This document shows positions 59,290 to 64,000 of a stretch of 64,000 bases of DNA, in pieces. The position numbers were made by a program, and so were the translations under genes. Source of the DNA: an uncultured Acidimicrobiales bacterium (GTDB lineage Bacteria > Actinomycetota > Acidimicrobiia > Acidimicrobiales > VFJN01); NCBI GenBank assembly GCA_963830865.1, contig CAWHNU010000009.1:495062-559061 (forward strand). Direction: 5' to 3'. The notes below the pieces were generated by a model, which saw only the letters and a program-made list of their open reading frames with translations, was not told where the DNA came from and made no database searches. Position 1 is the stretch's first letter; the number at the start of each line of letters is the position of its first letter.

Positions 59290-62200
59290 CCGGGGCGCGC
59301 CAGTCGGCCGCGTTGCGCATCAGGATCTGCGTGGCCGGCTCGGCGGGCGCCCCGAACTCGGCCAGCATGCCGGCGAGCCGGTCGACGGAGGCGGAGCAGG
59401 CCGACCGGTCGCCGGCCTGCATGTGGGCAGCCACCGCCAGGCGGTGGGCCCGCTCGGCGTAGGGATCGGACGCCAGCACCTGGGCCGCCAGGGTGGTGGC
59501 CGCGTCGGCGGCCCCCCCGACCAGCTCCAGCTCGCCGAGCGTCACCGCGGCGTCGGCGAGCCGGGCCTCCAGGTGGCGGGACAGGTGGTCGAGGTCGGCG
59601 ACCCGGTCGAGGTCCGCGAGGGGTCGGCCCTGCCACAGCCCGGCCGCCGCCCGCAGGCCTTCGATCCGGCGGGCGGCGTCGCCCTGCCGGCGGGCGGCCT
59701 CGGCCCGGGCCAGGTGGTCCTCCGCCTCCCACAGGTCGACCTCCAGGCCGGGCACGTCGGCCAGCTGGAGCTGCTGCGTGTCGCCGCGCAGGAAGTAGGG
59801 CGCCGAGCCCTGGCCCCGGTCCGGTTCGAGCACCCGCTGGAGGTGGCGGAGGGTCACCCGCAGGTTGGCCCGGCCCCGGCCGGGGTCCAGATCGGGCCAC
59901 AGCACGTCCACGACCCGGTCGCGGCTCACGGTGCGCTCGGCCACCAGCAGGCTCAGCAGCTCCCGCACCCGGGTCCGGTGGATCTCGGCGGCGTCGCAGA
60001 CGACGTCGTCGAGGCGCACCTCGAGCGGTCCGAGGACCCGGATCCGCACGTTCGCCTTCGGCCGGGTCGGCAGGGCCCGCAGCACGGCCGCGGCCCCCCG
60101 GCGCACCGCGGCCTCGGCATCGTCGCACCGGCGGGCGACCTCGCGGGGCACGCCCTCGCCGAACAGGTCGGTCAGCAGCACGGCCAGCTCCGCGCCCCAC
60201 GGCGCCCGGGCCGCCGCCCGCACCGCCAGCTCGACCGACCAGGGCAGGGGGAGCGCGGCGCACACGGCCGGCAGCGGCACGTCGGGCCGGGCGGGCACGC
60301 GGCCGGCGCGGGCGTCGACGAGCAGGCGGGCGGCGGTCCGGGCCCGGCGCTGCGACGGGCCGAGGTCGGCGGCGTCCCACGCCCGGCGCAGGTCGGGCGA
60401 GCAGACGTAGGGGACCGCCAGTACCCGGCGCAGGTGGGTGTCGGTCACGCGGTCCGGAGGCCCGCCGGCGAGGAACCCGGCGATCAGGTCCGCCGCCGCG
60501 TCGTCGTCGCCGTCGACGACTGCGCCGCAGGCCCGGGCCACGACGGTGAGCGCGCCGTCCGGCCCGGCCGCGGCGGCGAACGGCGAGGTGGCGAGCACGT
60601 CGAGGGCGTCGTGGACCGCGCCGGGCTCGTCGGCCGAGGCGGCGATAGCGGCGATCAGGGTCGCCTGCTCGAACCGGTCCCGTTCGCTGAGCCGGCGGTA
60701 GCGGGCCGGGCTCACGTCGATGGCACCACGTCCGCCCATCAAGCCGGACGGGTCGCCGTCGAACCAGCGGGCCACCGCCTGGAGCTCGCGGGGCGCGTCC
60801 ATGCCCGGCACGGGGTTGACCTCGGCAGTGAGGTCCACGGCGTCGCCGGCCCGGCCGCCGAGGATCAGGAAATGCCAGTGCAGGCGGGTCAGGGCCTCGG
60901 GCACGTCCGCCGGGTCGACGCCCGGCACCGGGCGGCCGAGCAGCGCCAGGGCGCCGTCGATGTCGCCGCCGAGGGCCAAGGCGGCGGCGTCGACCACCGT
61001 GACGAGCAGGCCGAGGACCGGCTCGTCGCCCCGCTCGGCGAGCCGGCGGGCCCGGATGCCGAGGCTGACGAAGTAGGCGAAGTCGTCGCGGTCGTTGGCG
61101 ACCAGCGCGCCGAGCGCGAGCGCCACACCCTCGCCGACGTGGTCGCCCCGGACGCGGAACAGATCCGCCACCACATCGAGCCGGCTCGTCAGCGGCTCCG
61201 AACCGGCGCGCGCGTGCGCCAGCGCGCACCCGAGCAGCTCGGCGGCTGGGATCACGTCGCCGGGATCGGCCGGGCGCCGGGCCGCCAGCCAGGCCTCGGC
61301 CACGTCGACGGGCAGGCTGCCGAGCGTGGTCCGCACGAGGTCGACGGTGGCCCGGTCGAGCGCGTCGTCGTCGTCGAGGCGCAGGGCGATCGCACCCGCG
61401 GCGATCGGGTCGCCCCGGGCGGCCACCACGGCGACGACCCGCCGCACCATCGCCTCGACGTCGAACGCGGTGCCGAGCGCCTCGAGGTACGGGGTCCACA
61501 GGTCGTGGGCGACGACCCGGTCGCCGATCCGGTGCACGAGCGGCACCCTGGCGAGGAAGCCGTCGTGGTCGAAGGGCCGGGCGGTCGCGGCCTCGACCTC
61601 GTCGAGGCGGGACGGGCCGAGGAGGCACAGCGCCAGCAGCGCGCCCCGGTCCGCCGGCCCGAGCGACCGGATCACCTCCTCCCACAGGTACTCGTCGACC
61701 GACCGGCGGGGCGACATCAGCGCCAGCCGCACGAGCGCGGGCCAGCCGGCCAGGTCGAGCGCCGGCGGCTCCGCGCCGACGTTGGCGGCCAGGGCGGCGA
61801 CCTCGGCGTCGTCGAAGCGCAGGACATCGGCGTCGATCTCGACCACGTCGTCGGCCGCGCGGAACCGGGCGAGGGCCAGCGAGGGGAGCCGGCGCCCGAC
61901 CAGCACCACGTGCAGGTTCGCCGGCGCCCGCCGCAACAGGTCGTCGAGCAGCGCCACGGCTGCGTCGGGCAGCAGGTCGACGTCGTCGAGCACGAGCGAC
62001 ACGTGCAGCGGTGCCCGGTCGGTGACGACCGCGAACAGGCGGGCGAGCGGCGGGCCCTGGCCGGGGCCGGCGCCGCACGCGGCCTCCACGGCCGCCGCCA
62101 GGCGCTCGGGGCTCTCGCAGCCGGTGCGGCACGACACCCAGCCCTCGATCCCGCGGGGCCGGGCGAGGTTGGCCCGCATGGCCTGGCCGAGGGCGACCGA

Positions 62201-62326
62201 CTTGCCGAAGCCGGCGCCGGCCACGACCGTGGTCACGGTCCGGTCCCAGCGGGCGTCGAGGCGGCCGAGAACCCCCGAGCGCACGACGGCGTGGGCGACG
62301 TTGGGGGGCGACTCGCTGAGCGCCAT
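59264..62326 (-). CDS. Large transcriptional regulator: N-terminal P-loop (STAND/MalT-like) ATPase, helical repeat region, and C-terminal OmpR-type wHTH plus BTAD (SARP) module
   Basis: Intact 1,020-aa ORF. Walker A is AGAGFGKS and Walker B is VSLVLDDVD. The C-terminus is VRIRVLGPLEVRLDD...RVRELLSLLV...VDVLWPD...NLRVTLRHLQRVLEP (wHTH) followed by VDLWEAEDHL...DPYAERAHRLAVAAHMQAGDRS (BTAD). An SD GGGAGGAGG lies upstream. The 3' end overlaps X2 by 26 bp. Confidence 0.85.
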   Translation of the reverse strand: MALSESPPNVAHAVVRSGVLGRLDARWDRTVTTVVAGAGFGKSVALGQAMRANLARPRGIEGWVSCRTGCESPERLAAAVEAACGAGPGQGPPLARLFAVVTDRAPLHVSLVLDDVDLLPDAAVALLDDLLRRAPANLHVVLVGRRLPSLALARFRAADDVVEIDADVLRFDDAEVAALAANVGAEPPALDLAGWPALVRLALMSPRRSVDEYLWEEVIRSLGPADRGALLALCLLGPSRLDEVEAATARPFDHDGFLARVPLVHRIGDRVVAHDLWTPYLEALGTAFDVEAMVRRVVAVVAARGDPIAAGAIALRLDDDDALDRATVDLVRTTLGSLPVDVAEAWLAARRPADPGDVIPAAELLGCALAHARAGSEPLTSRLDVVADLFRVRGDHVGEGVALALGALVANDRDDFAYFVSLGIRARRLAERGDEPVLGLLVTVVDAAALALGGDIDGALALLGRPVPGVDPADVPEALTRLHWHFLILGGRAGDAVDLTAEVNPVPGMDAPRELQAVARWFDGDPSGLMGGRGAIDVSPARYRRLSERDRFEQATLIAAIAASADEPGAVHDALDVLATSPFAAAAGPDGALTVVARACGAVVDGDDDAAADLIAGFLAGGPPDRVTDTHLRRVLAVPYVCSPDLRRAWDAADLGPSQRRARTAARLLVDARAGRVPARPDVPLPAVCAALPLPWSVELAVRAAARAPWGAELAVLLTDLFGEGVPREVARRCDDAEAAVRRGAAAVLRALPTRPKANVRIRVLGPLEVRLDDVVCDAAEIHRTRVRELLSLLVAERTVSRDRVVDVLWPDLDPGRGRANLRVTLRHLQRVLEPDRGQGSAPYFLRGDTQQLQLADVPGLEVDLWEAEDHLARAEAARRQGDAARRIEGLRAAAGLWQGRPLADLDRVADLDHLSRHLEARLADAAVTLGELELVGGAADAATTLAAQVLASDPYAERAHRLAVAAHMQAGDRSACSASVDRLAGMLAEFGAPAEPATQILMRNAADWRAPVTTRQGSR

Positions 62327-62390
62327 GGGTCCTCCTCCCTGCGGACCAGGATCTCATCCAAGCGCAAGGGCGCGACGACACCGTCACCGT

Positions 62391-62412
62391 TCCGGTAGCG
62401 GTTCGGTAGCGG
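62391..62412. promoter_or_regulatory. Tandem 11-bp direct repeat TCCGGTAGCGG TTCGGTAGCGG; candidate SARP/OmpR-type binding site
   Basis: Read directly in the divergent region between the SARP-type regulator gene and the PLP enzyme gene. The repeat ends 9 bp before a CACACT hexamer, which itself lies 6 nt before the ATG at 62434. Confidence 0.45.
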
Positions 62413-62433
62413 GCGGCTGCCCACACTGGCGGC

Positions 62434-63855
62434 ATGACACAGCCCTTGGGCGGTGGTCCGCCGGCGGCGATGCTCGACCGGCCGGCCGGAGAGTGTCCGA
62501 TTCCCCGCGACGAGGTCGTCGGCGGCGACGAGCCGGTCCCCGTCCTCGCCGGCCGACGGGTGCCCTACGTCAACCTCGACAACGCAGCCACCACACCGGC
62601 GCTGCGCCCGGTGGCGGACGCGGTGACGGCGTTCCTGCCGCTGTACGCCAGCGTGCACCGGGGGACCGGCTACAAGTCGCGGGTCAGCACCGCGGCGTAC
62701 GAGCGGGCCCGGCGGGTGGTCGGCGACTTCGTCGGCGCCGACCCCGAGCGGGACGCGGTGGTGTTCGGCCGGCACACGACCGACGCCGTCAACCTGCTGG
62801 CCCGGTCCCTGGCGATCGAGCCCGACGCGGTCGTGCTCACCACCCGGCTGGAGCACCACTCCAACGACCTGCCGTGGCGGGCCCGGGCCGGGGCCCGGGT
62901 CGTCGCGGTCGGCGCCCGGCCGGACGGGACGCTCGACGAGGACGACCTCGACCTCCTGCTCGCCCGCCACGCGGGGCGGGTGGCGCTGCTCGCCGTGACC
63001 GGGGCGTCGAACGTGACCGGCGTCGTGCCGCCGGTGCACGACCTGGCGGCGCGGGTCCACGCCGTGGGCGGGCGCATCCTGGTCGACGCCGCCCAGCTCA
63101 CCGCGCATCGTCCGATCGACATGCGCCCGCACGACGACCCGCGCCACCTCGACTTCGTGGCGCTGTCGGGCCACAAGGCGTACGCGCCGTTCGGCGTGGG
63201 CGCCCTGATCGGCCGGCGCGACGCCTTCCTGCCCCGCCCCCACCAGCCGGGCGGCGGCACCGTGCGGGCGGTCACGGCCGACGACGTCGTGTGGGCGGAC
63301 CTGCCCGATCGCGAGGAGGGCGGCAGCCCCAACGTCATCGGCGCGGTCGCGCTGGCAGCGGCCCTATCGCGGCTGGCGGAGGCGGGCCTCGACCGCATCG
63401 CGGCCCACGACCGGCGCCTGGTGGCGTACGCGGCCGACCGCCTGGGCCGGGTGCCGGGGGTCCGGCTCTACGGGCCCCTCCCGGCCGGCGACGGGGCCCG
63501 AGCGACGGGCGCTGCGGGCTCGGCGCCCCGGGTCGGCGTGGTGCCGTTCACGCTGGCGGGGTTCGACCCGGGGCTGGTGGCGGCGGTCCTCGGGTGGGAG
63601 CATGGCATCGGCGTGCGCAGCGGCTGCTTCTGCGCCCAGCCCTACATCGCCGACCTGCTCGACCTGACCCCGTCCGCCATGCTGAGCGCGGCCGCCGCCG
63701 GCGGCGTGCCGGGGATGGTCCGGCTGTCGTTCGGCGCCTACACGACGGCCGCCGACGTCGACCGGGCGGTTGTCGCGGTCGAGCGGCTGGAGGCGGCGGG
63801 CCCGGCGGCGCCGTACGCCCGCGGACCGGTCGGGACGTGGGCGCCGCAGGTCTAG
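62434..63855 (+). CDS. Class V aminotransferase-fold PLP enzyme (cysteine desulfurase/selenocysteine lyase-like)
   Basis: 473 aa. YVNLDNAATTP, LEHHSNDLPW, ASNVTGVV, VDAAQL and LSGHKAYAPFGVGAL (PLP Lys) are present. Confidence 0.85.
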   Translation: MTQPLGGGPPAAMLDRPAGECPIPRDEVVGGDEPVPVLAGRRVPYVNLDNAATTPALRPVADAVTAFLPLYASVHRGTGYKSRVSTAAYERARRVVGDFVGADPERDAVVFGRHTTDAVNLLARSLAIEPDAVVLTTRLEHHSNDLPWRARAGARVVAVGARPDGTLDEDDLDLLLARHAGRVALLAVTGASNVTGVVPPVHDLAARVHAVGGRILVDAAQLTAHRPIDMRPHDDPRHLDFVALSGHKAYAPFGVGALIGRRDAFLPRPHQPGGGTVRAVTADDVVWADLPDREEGGSPNVIGAVALAAALSRLAEAGLDRIAAHDRRLVAYAADRLGRVPGVRLYGPLPAGDGARATGAAGSAPRVGVVPFTLAGFDPGLVAAVLGWEHGIGVRSGCFCAQPYIADLLDLTPSAMLSAAAAGGVPGMVRLSFGAYTTAADVDRAVVAVERLEAAGPAAPYARGPVGTWAPQV

Positions 63856-63865
63856 CGTTGGCCGC

Positions 63866-64000
63866 ATGGTGACGATCGACGACGTGCGGGCTGTCGCCGA
63901 GGGGTTGCCCCGCAGCTACGAGGTGCTGGTGCGGGACCGGGTGAAGTTCCGTGTCGGCCAGATCGTCTACGTGGCCTTCTCGCGGGACGAGACGGAGATG
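63866..64000 (+). CDS. MmcQ/YjbR-family protein, N-terminal fragment (runs off the window)
   Basis: ATG 63866. MVTIDDVRAVAEGLPRSYEVLVRDRVKFRVGQIVYVAFSRDETEM is a paralog-like match to the N-terminus of the 14722 gene. Confidence 0.6.
   Translation, partial: MVTIDDVRAVAEGLPRSYEVLVRDRVKFRVGQIVYVAFSRDETEM

Overview
The window is very GC-rich (roughly 70% or more by eye, not computed) and looks like chromosomal DNA of an Actinomycetota-type organism. Supporting cues are F420/deazaflavin-type enzymes, a SARP-type regulator, an HTH-WYL regulator, frequent GTG/TTG starts with GTGA/ATGA start-stop overlaps, and a Gram-positive type LexA box.

Content is mostly catabolic:
- An esterase, an MBL hydrolase and a LysR regulator (0.2-3.2 kb).
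- A flavin monooxygenase cluster with three luciferase-like monooxygenases, plus an FMN reductase separated from it by an ISL3 transposase remnant (3.2-12 kb).
- A membrane-anchored Hsp70-like protein beside a small ORF that carries a LexA box (12-14 kb).
- Assorted small enzymes, an ECF-type sigma factor and alkB (14-23 kb).
- A five-gene acyl-CoA operon: two family III CoA-transferases, two acyl-CoA dehydrogenases and a crotonase (23.4-28.8 kb).
- A large membrane-embedded spermidine-synthase-like protein (29-31.5 kb).
- A complete protocatechuate 4,5-cleavage (lig) cluster with a GntR regulator, a shared operator motif and an embedded ABC importer (32.6-45.2 kb).
- A WYL regulator, then a NarL-type two-component system next to a MacB/FtsX-type ABC exporter (45-51.5 kb).
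- Two very large ORFs in which I recognise no domain (about 950 and 1,260 aa), convergent with a 1,020-aa P-loop ATPase/SARP regulator (52.6-62.3 kb). This is the most unusual locus.
- A class V PLP enzyme (62.4-63.9 kb).

Two sequence-level features run across the window. A roughly 40-50 bp palindromic intergenic repeat occurs in four copies. About 27 reading-frame breaks are present, nearly all behaving as single-base insertions, and they cluster in the histidine kinase and the two giant ORFs. These breaks are either assembly indels or real gene decay, and I cannot tell which without reads.

I saw no rRNA, tRNA or CRISPR array. All family assignments rest on recalled motif and sequence resemblance; no database search was run.
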